Of a stretch of DNA of 64,000 nucleotides, positions 1 through 15,680 are shown in pieces (the stretch's first letter is position 1; each line of letters begins with the position of its first letter). The notes beneath the pieces are model-generated. The model made no database searches. It worked only from the letters and a program-made list of their open reading frames with translations, and was not told the origin of the DNA. The position numbers were made by a program, and so were the translations under genes. This DNA comes from Psilocybe cubensis (taxonomy: Eukaryota): contig CM039004.1 in the NCBI GenBank assembly GCA_017499595.2, forward strand, positions 2,728,001-2,792,000, written 5' to 3'.

Positions 1-347
1 CTGATGCTGACAAAGCGGTGGCGAATGGTAAGCTTGGGCTCTGGTTAGACCATGCATCGTACAATTTCATTGATCCACCATCGTTCTAGACCTTTTGCAC
101 GCCGAACCTCTGAAGTAGGATGCTTATGCCCCTGTGGTGTTGGCATCGACACCCAGGAGCCTTGACCCATTGATATCAAGTTGATATATGATTTTTTGCT
201 GTCCTGGCTGGAACATCTACACCATCGCAATGCAATCCAAGAGAGAAAACTTTATGTACATTTAGTAATACATTTTGGGTATCAACAACGGACAATTATA
301 GTAGACTGACAGCGATCCTCAAGACAAAGTAGATTGGATTGTAAGAA

Positions 348-1884
<1,537 letters not shown>

Positions 1885-3286
1885 ATTAAATGTTCTGGTG
1901 ATTAGAATACAGATTGTATTGATAGTAGTCGATGTCGATAACTTTTCGAGTACTCGGGAGTCAACAAAGGCCAAGATCGAGTATGGTCGTGGTCACGGGG
2001 TCACTTTCTTGCGGCTTGCCTCGGCCATCACTTTGAAGTGCCGAACTACGTAAGCATGCTCACTTGAACGTTGTTGCCGTTTTCAAGACTTGCCAAATCC
2101 ACCAACAGTGGATCCATTCATTGTGCATTCAAGTGAGTAATTTACTTTGGGACTCGAGGAAAGTGCATAACTTTCTGACGTTTGGCATTCATTAAAATGG
2201 ACTCAAATAGGGGGCTCGATGGACGCCTTCTTTCGACACTGCTCCCTTTCAGCAGCTTTCAGCCTCAACTAGGCTTATCGCATCACAAGTCAAACCCAAA
2301 TATGCCCTGCTGAGTCTCGTGCTCTGAAGTAATGTATCGTTTTGGCTCTGCTCCTTGGCAATCCCCTGGTAAGATGTGAGTTATGGATCCAATAGCTGAC
2401 ACAAGTAATTTAAAGGCTATAGGTTAACATTTGTGGGGCACAGCTAATCATTTGAAATCCATAGTCAAATAGGCGATCGGAATCGACAAAGGTGTGCCTC
2501 AAGTCTGATCTAATGGATATCTCATTTAATAGTTAGATAGAGATCTGGAAGATTGACCTCCATTTGGACCCCGAGATGGAGGGAAAAACATAGCCTAGGT
2601 CAGTGTCTTCCTTTCGAGGCCAACCATAGGGCCTTTCTTGACTTCAAACGGCATGTTTGTGCAGACCCGATATAACCGGATAGCACGCCAAGATAGACTT
2701 TAAAGTAAAGGCTACCCCTCGAAGTCGCTCAGGGAAGTCAAAGCGTTTTGACAGAGTGTGCTATACCGACGCGACAAAATATGATGATGCCAGTGACTGT
2801 AGGTCCATTGTTCAAGCCTCAGTTCCGTAATTAGCGCCCGAGACGGGGTCAATTCCGTTCAATATCCGTTCATCGCAGTTGTGGAGCGCGGTGTACGACG
2901 TTCAACCAGAATCATGTGTAGTGAAGGCGACGACAAATCGTAGGCTCAGAGGGCACTCTGGAGCGATCTTGGCGAGTGACTGAACTGTCAGCACTTATTG
3001 GTTTACATCCAATTAACGCGTAGATCTATGATAATAGATGATAATGTGCTATCCCGTCTGAATATCTGGATATTTCAAATCTCAACAAATTGTATACAAG
3101 CCACCATCGGCTGGCCTAAAGGAGAAAAATTGTATCTGTTCATCCTTGTCTCCCAGAAGCTGGGCCACAATTGGAAGAATGTTCCTTCCCAGCGGAAGTT
3201 TATCTTCGTTTGCCGACTGAAGCATATAAGGACCTGCAATGACTCGTTTATTCCAATTCACATCGTATCCTCTCCAGCGATCCAGC

Positions 3287-4827
3287 ATGTCTGCTCCCTT
3301 CTGCCATCAATTTTCCCCGTCGTCAACTGGCCAGGACGGGAGGCGCAGACCCGGCGGTCGACAAATCGACACTGGTCGCAAAACATACAAGCTATGCACC
3401 AAGTCGCAAACAAAGAAAAGGGAACCGGTCTGGCCTCCCCTCCTAGAGTCTGCCTTACTCGAAGGTTAGCACCATTCCTGGCATCTTTCAACATTCAACG
3501 TATAACTCATCGTACATGAAGGTCTTGCGCTCTATGTGCCAACATCCACCAAGGATCCACGCTTACTATTGCGCTTCCCTCGTCGCAATGTCTGCATCTC
3601 AAAACACATCCAAGCGAAGACTGGGAAGTACCGTACACCTAAGCAGGTCGGCAGCCGACTTCAACAACTTCGGGAGACTTGCTGTGATAAATATAGTACG
3701 TTTGGTGCTCGTTCTTTGCGCCAATCATGGATCTAACGCTTCTTATCACCGTAGTTCTTGATCTCATCGGAAGTAAAGATTTTCAGCGGGATCGCGGCAG
3801 CAGCAGCGAGCGAACCGTCTCCGAATCCTCGTTTTCAACCTCTTCATATGAAGTTGGCCTCGTACATTCTGAGCCAACAACTCCCACATCAGTAAGAATC
3901 TCACTCATGATCCATATTTCTGCCTTTTCACCAGAAATTTAAATAGCCTGATGCGCCGAAGGGACTGTTTCCTGCTTTCTCCACACAATACACCACCGCA
4001 GTAGCTCTTACACTCTACGAATTCGATTACAGAACGGCCCAAACTGCCATGCGCCCTGTTATCAGCCTGGACCTCGATGAAACCGCCCTTAGCATCCCCT
4101 CTTCCTCGACTCCAGGGTTCATTCATGCCGCCGAAGTTCGATCCAGTGGGCCGATTTCACAGTGCTCTCCCGTTATCAGCTTTACTTCCAACCGGTTTTC
4201 GACCGAAGCGCAGTACCGCTGTGTCTCGGACGTGTATATCGATGGAAACCAGGTCTACAGCATGCCTGCGCACTTGCAGCTGTGTAGCGCCAGCTCGGAC
4301 GGAATGATTGTTTACAAGATGGAGCTTGGTAACGACGTCTGGGCGATTCTCACCAGGGACTCTGACGGTGCGTCTTTTATGCGTAGCCGTGCTTGATCAC
4401 GACCTTCGGTACTTACTCTTGATTAACAGTCTATTCATCTTATACCATGACGCAGAACATCTTTACGGTGTCTACTGGAACGATTCACGACGAGATTCCT
4501 GTGTTCTCTATCAGCTATACTCTAGAGCGGGGATTTAATGCTCCGGAATATGGGTCCACTGATATCATCCAACGTCCCATTGCCGCCTACGAGACTCAGT
4601 GGGCAACAAACGCATCATCCGGTGCTCAACCCGACTATGGATATGGCATCGACCTTTCCCCCGAGTCGCCTTTGGCCTACAGCTTTCCTGAAACTGTGGA
4701 TCTGGGTTACCAAGTGCCTCAGGTACCTCAACTCTCGGTCTTCTACCCACCTTCCAACGAATATCTCGGCCACCCACAGGATACTGAGGACTTCCAGTCT
4801 TACTATGATCCTTCTGGCCCCCTCTGA
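3287..4827 (+). CDS. TEA/ATTS-domain transcription factor (Tec1/AbaA-like family); multi-exon
   Basis: Exons join to GRKTYK...EPVWPPLLESALLEG-LALYVP...RFPRRNVCISKHIQAKTGKYRTPKQVGSRLQQLRETC, the fungal TEA signature (VWP..E.ALLE; RT.KQV.S.LQ.L). Introns start at ~3464 and ~3697. The last exon ends at TGA 4827. The start codon is inferred. Confidence 0.85.
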
Positions 4828-7054
4828 TGCTGTAACTTGTACCCTAATCACCTGGTGTGTATTGTACCATTATTATTTATTCTTAAACTGTCTCCGTCAG
4901 TACTTGTAAAATTCACGCCATCAGTATCTCAGCGCATTTTTTTACTCCACCCACACAGACATTTCCGCCTCTTGATAACAAGGCGCGGTAAAAAAATTAT
5001 TTATTATGTTCATTTTACTCCTCCCTTCCTTTACAAATTTTCTTCTTTTCGCTTCTTCTTCGGAAGATCTGTTGTGGTTTGTATATATACAGGAGACCAA
5101 GACCTGCTCTGTATCCGTCGCCGAAGCCGCCTTCCCCTCTTTTTTGACTCCTGAATAACTTATTGTTTTACCACTTGTACATCGTCCTCCAATATTTACA
5201 TTAGGCATCAATCATTTGTAATATCATTGTTCATTCCCCTATATTTTTTGGACCCAACACTGAAGGTATTTATGGCTGGTTTGTGCTAAAGCGAGGGTTA
5301 ATACGAGTGTTGGAAGTATCTCGGACAAATAAATTCACCAGTAAAACTATTCCCTATTCTGCAATGAAAATTGTAGAAGTCCCTTTCAAGTCACGTCTTG
5401 TTATCTTAACGTAGGGGGTTTCCCACAACTTCCAACTACCAAATAATCACTATCAAGAAACATCTAAGAGCTGATGGAAAAATTAACGCTGGCAGTGCCT
5501 AGTTTACTACGTAGAAGAACTGTCCCAAAGCCATCCTACCAGTACCATCTGATTATCTACCGGCGAGAAGGACGCCTATGTTGCCGAATGCGTACGCGTG
5601 AACACTGTACATACGTACACAGCAAATTCGGGAGCCGAGCCAGGACACGATGAAGAAACACCGATCATCAGCCCTTTACAGCCCTTTAATGAAAAACAAG
5701 CGCGTGAACTTGATGTGATTCACTTGCATCCCCGTTAGGAAAGTTGTTGACGCGAATGTTCCCTGTCGATGAGAACTGACGAAAACTCTGGATACTGCTG
5801 GTGTATTGGTTATTTTTTGGAAATGAGTCAGCAATCAGTTAAGGAACGCCCAAGGCAAGGCACTAAAAGATTGACAGAGATACCAGACGCCGTACGCCGT
5901 TATAGCACCTTTTGGCCATATGACTCCTACACTCGTCTGCTCATTTTACTGAGAAATCGAACTATGGTCAGCACAAGTTTAAAGAAAGAGCACGTCGTTA
6001 CATAAAATTGGCTATATCTTGTGCCGGAGCGGAAACCAACAACGTTGAATCGGCATATGGCTATGTCGATTACGAAATGCACGCCCGACGAGAACAGCCT
6101 CGAACGATTTCACCCAGTTTCACCCCCTCAAAGTTCCATCGCCGGTTATAAATTTTGGCGCTGTGTGTGCTGGAGAATTGACTGGCGAGAAAGTTAAGCC
6201 GGAATTTAGCAACGACTTCGTATGTATAGAGAAACACGCATACCGATAGGGGTATAGGAGCTCTCAATGAACTGCCATTATCATTGGCATCATCTATTGG
6301 CATCAAGTTTTAACGTTTGCTTCCGAATCGAAAGAAACCGATCATTTTTGGAATATTTTCTCGGAAGTAGATGTGCCATATGACGAAATCGACGTTGGAT
6401 TTTGTATAGGGTTATTCAAGCCGTATCTATGAGGCAATCGATAGAAAAGATCAAACTTGACACTTGTTCATTTTCTTATTAGTTTTGTAAGAACAACCTG
6501 TGTTATCTACAAATTAAAATCAAACTTTTTTAGAGTAATGATATTCGAAGGTGATTGGTAATCTCATCATCGATAATGGGTCTGTTCTCCACAGGTGTTC
6601 GTCGGGTGCAATTACCACAGACCCTGGAATTCTTCGAGAAAAGAAGTATGCTACAATAAAGGCTGGGATACCCAGACACCTCAATGGCGTCCTACGAAAA
6701 TCACTCAACGATATATCCCATAGAGATTACAAACTTCACTCATGATTATTATGGCTATTGGCATTGTGATAGGAGTCAATGATTTACTGTATGAACCCTC
6801 ATGGACCCTAACGTCAAGGCCAGATAGGGGCTAGACACTCCCAGCTAAATCACATGACTTCTTCCCGTGTGACAGGTGACATATAAGTTTGTGACTGTGA
6901 CTTGTTGAAGCTCAGACGCCTGCTCAAAGATTTGTTGCTTGAACCTCGCAATTCAAGTCCACAGGACAGACAAGAAAGGGATATGACTTGGAAATTTCGT
7001 TTCTGATCTTTGCATCCTTTGATAACGACGAGCTAGAGCTCCAATACCACCTTG

Positions 7055-7785
7055 ATGACGACCAACACCACACCATCTTGGCCCTCCTTATACAATCCTG
7101 GACGAGAAATCATACATATTGAGCACAATGAACCTATACAACCTGGCGGAGCTTATCTTTATAACGCAAACGGTAAGTTTTATAAAGTTATGCACACAGA
7201 TCTAAAAGGCTGATTAATTCTTTTAAGATATTTTCAGATTCACTCTCTACTGGACTTTAATTTTCTACACGCCTATATTTCTGGTTTGCGGACTGTATGC
7301 CTTTTGGAATTACTCGTTTCCACCGCCTACACGGCGAGCGTCTCGAGGCTCTCGCGATTCGTACCAACTTTCTTCAATGTTTTCTACCCAACCATTTTTA
7401 GACGCGGACACCCCATCCTTGCAACCGACCAAACCTCCCAAAACGAACGAACGAAGATCGAGAGTTGCATTTGCAATCATAATCTTGTTCACATTTTTAT
7501 TGTTGAGCGTTGCAGGAGCTGTCATTGGGTCTGCAATTATGGGGTTCGTTATGGCCGGTTTATTCAATGCGGCACATTTCAATATGTCGACGTAAGTGGC
7601 GCCTATCGCGACTTCTTCGGTTCTGGTTTTCACTCTTTTCTCTCTTAGATGGATACCATTCTTGCTTGCTATCATGCAGGTTGTAGTGGGCCTTTTGAGG
7701 TGGGTGTTTCTCGTTTCTTTTCGATCAACTCGTTGGCTACATATTTTATTTTAGCATATGGCCGTCAATTGTGGAAATCATCTGA
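7055..7785 (+). CDS. Small integral membrane protein, TMEM170-like fungal family; 4 exons
   Basis: MTTNTTPSWPSLYNPG...GGAYLYNAN/DIFRFTLYWTLIFYTPIFLVCGLYAF...AFAIIILFTFLLLSVAGAVIGSAIMGFVMAGLFNAAHFNMST/WIPFLLAIMQVVVGLL/SIWPSIVEII*. Several hydrophobic segments and canonical introns. Family name is from recall. Confidence 0.7.
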
Positions 7786-10079
7786 ATCTGGACTAGATCA
7801 TTCTGCTCTGATTTTCAGCAGTGAAGATTGTTAGAATCCATCATATGTATCAAGAAATCTTTGAATATGTCTTTCTAAACGCTTACCAGTTTACTGCCTA
7901 TCGCAATGACGTCAGATGTGGAGTCAGAAATGACACTATCTTGCGCGCTCAACCAAAGGAAGTATGTTAGTTCAATTATATCTGTTGGGGTTGCCTTAGA
8001 ACCAAAACCAACATATGATCATTGGCCTCGTTTAGGGATCGTCTTGCACCATCTTAGAGTATATGCTATAGCGAATTCATCGATCGCGATTGCGATGGAG
8101 CGTCCTGATCATTGTTTGCCTTTACAACAGATGCACTGATAGAAAGTACAGGGGCATGTGTAACGGCCTTTCAATGAGCTGCACTGGAAAATATCGAGGG
8201 CAACTATCCCTTTTCGTCACTCTCTGCTACATACCCCCGACCTGGTATAGCGTCCTGCGCTGTTGTCAATCGATTTGGTTAGCGAACTCCTCATTGTTAA
8301 TTCTGTGTCTATTGTTCCTGACGTACGTTTTAAGCTGAAAATTCTTACCGGCTTTCAGTCATTCTTCGGGGGTCTCATGTTTTGCGAATGTTCAATGTGT
8401 GGCATCTGGCTAGGTGAGCTGCAATTAGTAGGCGCCTTCGGAAAACCGATGATCTGGCCACGCTGCGAAACTAAAATCACATTGGCTCTACATTTTCCGT
8501 CGGGTCTTGACCCTCGTAGAGACCATTTCTCTGAACAAGTTGCAAACTTAGACTTCTTTCCTTTCTTTTTTTCCTTTATAAGCCCCAAACGTCCACTATC
8601 TATGCACCTGACATCTAATCTTTATAAAGAATATTGGGCGAGCAATTCTCTCAACCTTGGCCGCTTGGCTACCAGCAAATCAGCGGCGGCCTCTCGTCAG
8701 CAGCCAATCAAATTAATGAAATGTTGGCATGACGCCGCAATTGTGAGCCTTCTTCTGCTCGACTCAATGCTCATTCCTGTACCATTTCTTTATCTTTTCG
8801 TTCTTTCTACACGATCCTTATTGTTTAATCAAAGGCCATAGATGGTTTAGATTCTCTTTCCAGTGAATAGTTTGAACACCTCACTGCAAATATGCCTCTA
8901 GAGTCTCAACAAATCAATGTCTACATATTGGGAATAGGGGAATATAGGGGCCTAGTATTTGAAATACGAGCAAGAGCATCCGCAGGGAATGGCAGGGAAT
9001 GGCTAGCCTCTGAGTCCTTGTCCAAGCTCTGTGACCGCCAAACAGGTGTTCAGATCTCTCAAATTCTCGGTCCAGCCATCCATTGTTCCTTCCAAGTTCG
9101 TTCACTGACTTTTTTACCCCAGATCATCGTCATGATCCAGCGGCGCACTATTCGGCTTAACTCCGGGATACTACATCGTGCGTTGATACATCACAAGGGC
9201 AATTAAAAATTTAACTACGACCATAATCTATCACATTGACCCAATGTCCACAATAGTACAGTTTCAGGGTGTTACAGGCACTGAACGCAGGTTAATAACC
9301 TCTCCTTTAGTCAATCATACTATTTGGCTTTGGCAAAGCATGTGGAGGAGGTTCGAGGGTCATATGGATTTGGATCATATTCTTCAACTCGCCCAGTTAG
9401 CGCTAGCCAGCGATCGAATTTATCTTTCAGTCCACATTATCCCCAAAATCGCCTCCACATTTATGCACAGCAAAATAAGTCGATTCCTATTTCACTATAC
9501 GCCCTGGAGGTTTACTAACATCTGTGTTTGGATTATTTGGCTTGATGCTTCTCCTCATGATAAACACAAAAATCATGATCCTTGCTGTCAGGCGGCGGCG
9601 GTGGTGTCACTGGCCAGGCATCGATGGTCCGCTATTCAGGACCATACATATCTGAACATTCCTCTGGCTCATTCGCACTGCGCCGTTACTTTGCGCTGAG
9701 TGACCCTAAAATGCTACTAGCGATGAATCGTTTTGAATTTTTTAAAAAATGTACCTTGTTCGTCGCATTTCTCGTTGAAGGGTAGTTTCGGGGTACATTC
9801 TCGTTCGGCTTACGGTGTGGTGTTTTACTTCGCATATCGAAGAGGCATACTGCATTCCTTACCATGAAATCTCTTGTAGTCCCGGCGTGGATAGCACATT
9901 GTTTTCACGGTCGATATGATATCTGACTTTTCAACTACCATTTTATACTGAGTGAACGTCAAATCATATTGTAACATCTCTCAAGTCGCGCTTGACCTAC
10001 AGGACATCAACTATTGAATCTGTAAGGATTTCCGTTCTTTATATGATACTCTTTATATCATCTTGAGTTTTACTTGCTT

Positions 10080-11326
10080 TTAGGAAACAACACTTGCTGG
10101 AGGAGCATCGGGAGCACCCAGATCACTGATGGGCCCATTCTGAGCAGTGTTACCATTGGGTAGTGCAATATTGCCCCAAGACCCGCCTCCATACACTCCT
10201 TCGCTTATTGCCTGACTCCACTTTGAATCATCAAATCCAGGTTCAATGAATCCAGCAGGACTGGGAACCTCGGTGCTGTACCTCCAGCTGGAGTCCGTGC
10301 TCACAAATGCAGTTGTGCCGCAACCACACCCACAACCCTTGATTTGACCTGAAGCTATAACAGAAGCCGGGCCATTGTCATTGTGGGCATAGACGGCGAT
10401 GGTAATAGTATTGCTCGGTTCAAAGTCGACCTGGTATCGCTGAGCTATTGGGACAGTATTCGTGCCCGGTACGTAGTTGCGTCCAGAACCTACAACTCGG
10501 CCGTTGATGTAAAGCGTGTATTCGTTATCGGCAAAAATATCCATGGTGATGGTGTCTGCTAACTGGCCGGGAGGGAGAGTGACTACCTTGCGGAATGCGC
10601 GAGCACCCACAGGCGCATCTCCGGCGCTATCAACTTCGTTCGTCCAAATCCATGTAGCGGTTGTGAGGTCTGGGCCAGGATCTTGGGTCTCGGGAGGGAT
10701 GTTGATAACATAGGGGGGTTTATTCCAAGGCCCGGTGGTCAAGGGGCCTTGAACGAATGGAGCGGGCCATTTGCTGTCATCGTATGCGACTTGTTCGAAG
10801 CCTGCAGGTGCTCCTGCGATAGCGTGCCACTCGCTGTCGGTAACGATGGTCTCGGTGTATCCGTCGGTATAGCGGACTTGAATAGCAGCAATGGCACCAG
10901 CAGCGTTGCCTGCGTTGGATGCTGTGCCGGTGGGGACATTCTGGCCTTCGATGGCAAACACATTGCAGTCTGCAACCAGCGGCACACAATAACGGTGAGC
11001 ATTTCTGAAGTCATCGCCGGTCCCAATCTTGTTGCCGTTGACCCAGAAGGTAAAGGCGTTGTCGACGGTGACGAGGATGTTGGCAGAGAGAGGGGTTTTT
11101 CCAGCAGGTGGGTAGTAATCACGACGGAAAGTGGCATTGCCTGGAGGGTAGGTAACACCATCGGCAGCGCGTCCTGGGATCCATATCCACTGTGCGCCGG
11201 TGAAGTCAAGGGCGGCTACGACTGCTACATGGGCAGCCACTGCGCAAAGCGCTAAAATTCCTGATAGAAACAGTTGACATTAGCTTTTTAATGGATTTCT
11301 GGTGCAAATTACATACCTTTCAACAT
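10080..11326 (-). CDS. Secreted two-domain lectin, CBM67/alpha-L-rhamnosidase N-terminal-like (resembles Pleurotus lectins), paralog 1
   Basis: ATG 11326 (MLK), one intron 11316-11261, then a signal-peptide-like GILALCAVAAHVAVVAA. Two repeats of WIW...FR(R/K)...(V/A)DN..T..(V/I)NG...G..F...A...N..G.A...TDS.W...FDDS.W. Confidence 0.75.
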
Positions 11327-11397
11327 TCTCGATTCTTGTTCGGTGTCCAAGAGGATAAAGAGATGCTTTGTTCTCATAACCTTGTATGCCACCCTCT

Positions 11398-11404
11398 TTT
11401 TATA
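11398..11404 (-). promoter_or_regulatory. TATA box of lectin paralog 1
   Basis: TATAAAA on the minus strand ~72 nt upstream of the ATG, conserved at the same position in paralog 2. Confidence 0.55.
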
Positions 11405-13203
11405 TTCTCAATTTGTTGCTAATACTCTTATAGAGCCATCGAAATAATACTGTATCTTATGATGTTCAATCATATTTGCTGTCCATCGGCTTCTCGCTTT
11501 AACATATAGTTAAGCGCTGGCTTTACCGCCGAAGCAGAATAATTGACAAGTTGTCCTGTCGCTATAGACGATAGACTTATAAATCATCGACCTATCAACT
11601 ATCATCAGAACCATTTACTGTCTGTGTTGACGTGAACTATGCACTAGAAGACCACAATCCTTGTTCCATGGTTCCAAAGACGACAGATACTACTGAATTA
11701 ACGACTTTCCCCGCACTCAGTGAAGAAACTGAAATTCAAGTTACTTATCCCTTCAGTGTAAGTTCAGTATTGTGTAAGGTGACTATGGTTTCAAAAAAGT
11801 TTGGGTTACGTTTCTTGAATTCTTTGAAGTACGACATCCGCTAAATTGCCCTTCGGATGTTGCGTCGATTTCCCTAGACGATGACTCTGATTAAATGGTA
11901 CTAATTGCTATATGCCGCTCAACCAACCTTTGCAATTTCTAGTGCCAGTTTTCCTCCGCTATAGGTGAATCTATTGAGGACTCTGTTTTCCTTTAACATT
12001 TGAACCAAGTCGAACCTAGACGTAGTAATGATATAAACCGTAACCCAAGACTTTAATGTAACATGGCTCTGACCTTCGCCGATATTATCTCCGCCATGGT
12101 AGTGAAGTTTAATTTGCTCCAATGTCAACCCATCGGAAAGTTGTACATCTATAATTGTCGGGAAGTGGGATATACATAAGTAAAGAGAATCAATTTCCGT
12201 CAGTCATATTGATCAAACTCCATCGACAAGGAACGCTAGAAGATAATCCTCTTCGCGAATTTCGTACAATCGTTAGGATTAAGTGATAAATAATATGTAT
12301 GGATGACACTAATATGTGAACATTGGCAATAACACCGATTTCCTGATACACAGCCTTCCGGCGATTTTCATGTCCTTCACAAAGTCTGACTGTCAAGCTC
12401 TGTCGTAATGCGTACGTTAGTGTGAGTTTACCGCACTAGGCAAGTATGTACACCTTCCAAGACTCCAAGTCTTAAAGAACATTCAACGGTTTTTAATTAG
12501 GAGACATGTTGTTGTGGTTGTTCAATGTAGTATTGGAAGTCATCGCAAAAAAGTAAGCCACACATTTTATGCACTCAACCAACTTGAAGCATCTAATCAA
12601 CAGTGGATCAACAATTCCTTACCCTGGTGAAGCAAAGTCACTGATGCGAACTTCGCGAAGACTTGCAGATAACATCGGCTAGACATCGGCAACTAACATA
12701 AGAATGGACTTGCCGCACCAGCATTCATTGCAAACACGGAAATCACCGATTCGTCAGAAAGGAGATGGTCTGGGAAAAAGAACGATGGCAGTCAATAGTC
12801 AGTCTCTGACCTTCTCTGACCTGTCTCTGACTCTCTGTTCAGCCTATACGCCCTACTGGTATCACTCGTTCTGTAATCAACGCTACAAGCAATCGACGTA
12901 CTAAGGCGCACGAATTGGGATCTACTCCACCCTACTGTAATTTACCCGGGATACTAATGCCCTTCCGCGGTAGCTTGTGGTAAATTAGTAACGGTCAGAA
13001 ATGTCTCTCGACGCTCTCAACATGCGTGTTCTCTTTACCTTTGATGGATTCACCGTTTCATGGCCTCAATTCTCCGTCTCACAAATAAACTCAGAGAAAT
13101 ATTTAATCTGCATTCAATATGGATTCAAAGAAATTTACATTATTTCCAATGCTTATCGACCTCAACAAGCATAGGTCCTTCATTTCTATCCTGGCCAGGC
13201 ATT

Positions 13204-14428
13204 TCAGGAGACAACGCTGGCTGGAGGAGCATTGGGTGCCCCAAGATCTGTAATAGGCCCATTCTGTGCAGTGTTTCCAGTGGGAAGCGCAACCTTGCCC
13301 CAAGGAGCGACCCCATACGCGCCTTCACCGACGGCTTGGCCCCATTTTGAGTCGTCGAACCCAGGATTGATGAATCCGGCAGGGCTAGGGACTGCGGTGC
13401 TGAATTTCCAGCTGGAATCTGTGTTCACGACGGCGGTGTTACCACAACCACAGGCGCAACCCCTGATCTGGCCTGAAGCGAGGAGAGAAGCCGGACCACC
13501 GTCGTTGTTAGCGTATACGGCGATTGTGACGGTATTGCTTGGGATAAAATTGACCTGGTAACGCTGAGCCTGCTGGAAGCTGCGACCGGAACCTGCAACT
13601 CGGCCGTTGATGTAAAGTGTGTACTCGTTGTCCGCGACAATGTCCATGGTAATAGTGTCTGCTAATTCGCCGGGAGGGAGAGTGACCACCTTGCGGAATG
13701 CACGCCCACCGATGGGCGCATTCCCGCCCTTAACTTCGTTGGTCCAGATCCATGTAGCGGCAGTGAGATCCGGGCCAGGATCTTGTGCCTCGGGAGGGAT
13801 GTTGATCACGTTCGGAGGTTTGTTCCAAGGCCCGGTCGTCAGTGGTCCTTGTACAAATGGAGCGGGCCAGTTGCTGTCGTCGTATGCAACTTGTTCGAAG
13901 CCTGCAGGCGCACCTGCGATAGCGTGCCACTCGCTGTCGGTGACGATGGTCTCGGTGTATCCATCAGTATAGCGAACTTGAATAGCAGCAATGGCACCAG
14001 CAGCGTTGCCTGCGTTGGATGCTGTGCCGGTGGGGACATTCTGGCCTTCGATAGCAAATACGTTGCAGTCCGCAACCAGAGGTACACAATAACGGTGAGC
14101 ATTTCTGAAGTCATCGCCAGTCCCGATCTTGTTGCCGTTGACCCAGAAGGTGAAGACGTTGTCGACGGTGACGAGGATGTTGGCAGAGAGAGGGGTTTTG
14201 CCAGCAGGTGGGTAGTAATCACGACGGAAAGTGGCATTGCCTGGAGGGTAGGTAACACCATCGGCAGCGCGTCCTGGGATCCATATCCACTGTGCGCCGG
14301 TGAAGTCAAGGGCGGCTACGACTGCTACATGGGCAGCCACTGCGCAAAGCGCTAAAATTCCTGATAGAAACAGTCGACATTAGCTCGTTTTACTGGATTT
14401 CTGGTGCAAATTACATACCTTTCAACAT
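13204..14428 (-). CDS. Secreted two-domain CBM67-like lectin, paralog 2
   Basis: Same structure as paralog 1: ATG 14428, one intron after MLK, then a long second exon containing the listed 378-aa ORF. The N-terminal domain is nearly identical to paralog 1. Confidence 0.75.
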
Positions 14429-14500
14429 TCTCGATTCTTGGTCGATGTTCAAGAGGGTAAACGAGATGCTTTGTTCTCATAATCTTGTATGCCGCCCTCC

Positions 14501-14507
14501 TTTTATA
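14501..14507 (-). promoter_or_regulatory. TATA box of lectin paralog 2
   Basis: TATAAAA on the minus strand in a context homologous to 11398-11404. Confidence 0.55.
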
Positions 14508-15680
14508 TCTTCACTTGGCCACTAATGCTTCATACCCTTGCTAGAGTCAGTTCGATGATGCCAAGTCCCACTTCGGCTCTCGAATCCTTTGCGTTGTGCG
14601 TCTGTGGTACACTTGGACACATAGTTAAGCGCTGGCTTGGTCCTGGAATCAGATTTTTTGTCACATGTCCTGTAAAGATGGCATAGACTCTTCACTTTAC
14701 CGAACCATCAGACACGCTTGGAGCCATTCATTGTCTTGGTTGACATAAATTCTGCACTAGAAGGATACCATCCTTGTTCCAAAAAACGACAGATGTCACA
14801 CCAAACACTTTCTTTCTACTGAACCCAAAGGAAGTAACTGGAATGGAAGTTACTCAACTCCCTTTGTATGTTCCCTATTTCGTGAGCTGCTCTACTTTTT
14901 AAAAGACCGAGCTATTGACCAGATCAAAGTTGCTTCGACTGACCTTGCTAATGATTATCATCGAACGGTTCTGATTGTAGAACGCTATTAATGCGCAGCC
15001 AAATTTAAACCTTGTAAAATTCTAATAGTTGCCCCACCCTACGACCGCGTCTATCGATGGTTATATTTTCACTTTTAGGGCTCCACTTAACGTTAACTTG
15101 GACGCAATGCGGTGCTCCTGTGGTAGACTGGAATCTAAGTTTTTAATGTAATAGAAAAACATTGTACTATGATACTGAAACCGTAATAGGACGTACCGAG
15201 AGTCTAACCTTCTTGATCTCCATTCATGATCTATTCAATTGTTATAATTGTATGTCGGTATTGCAGGAATAAAAATCGATAAGTGCAGTGCGCCTGAGCG
15301 AATATCACGGACAACCATAGGCAAGTGATGGCTAGAGTGCTGCCTGCACTAGTATGTGAATACTGTGCATGAGGCCGGCATGCTGATGCACAGCCTTCCG
15401 GCCATTTTGTAGTGCTACTCCACTGAAAGCTAGTAGGTTGAGAGAGGCGTACGTTATACGGTTTGTAGAAAAGATCATTCAAGCAGGCCTATTTCCATGC
15501 CCAACATTCTAGCTGATAATGGATATGTAACTTGTCGGCTTGATGCCTACAGAGCAATAGTTCCGACCGAGATATACAATTGTCTTATTTATGATACAAA
15601 GTGTACATAAAAACAGATAGCAAAGTGAAAGAAAGCGTTGAGTAGATTATAAAAAAGAAGGAAGCTTAGAAAAGATGCCA

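Noticed and set aside
1-118. 3' end of a plus-strand gene (intron ~28-89, then LLHAEPLK*)
   Set aside because: Plausible but too short to support or identify within this window.
6877-6890. 14-mer gtgacatataagtt shared with 33177-33190
   Set aside because: An isolated 14-mer match is expected by chance in tens of kb, and the flanks do not align.
8263-9785. Short plus-strand ORFs as a gene
   Set aside because: Some intron-like signals exist (e.g. acceptor at ~9122), but no continuous frame or recognisable domain could be assembled. At most a decayed pseudogene.
11919-12396. Small minus-strand ORFs between the lectin genes
   Set aside because: No recognisable motif or consistent exon structure.
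10516-14355. Antisense and alternative-frame ORFs over the lectin genes
   Set aside because: Shadow ORFs of GC-balanced coding sequence; the same applies to those over POL1 and the DUF genes.
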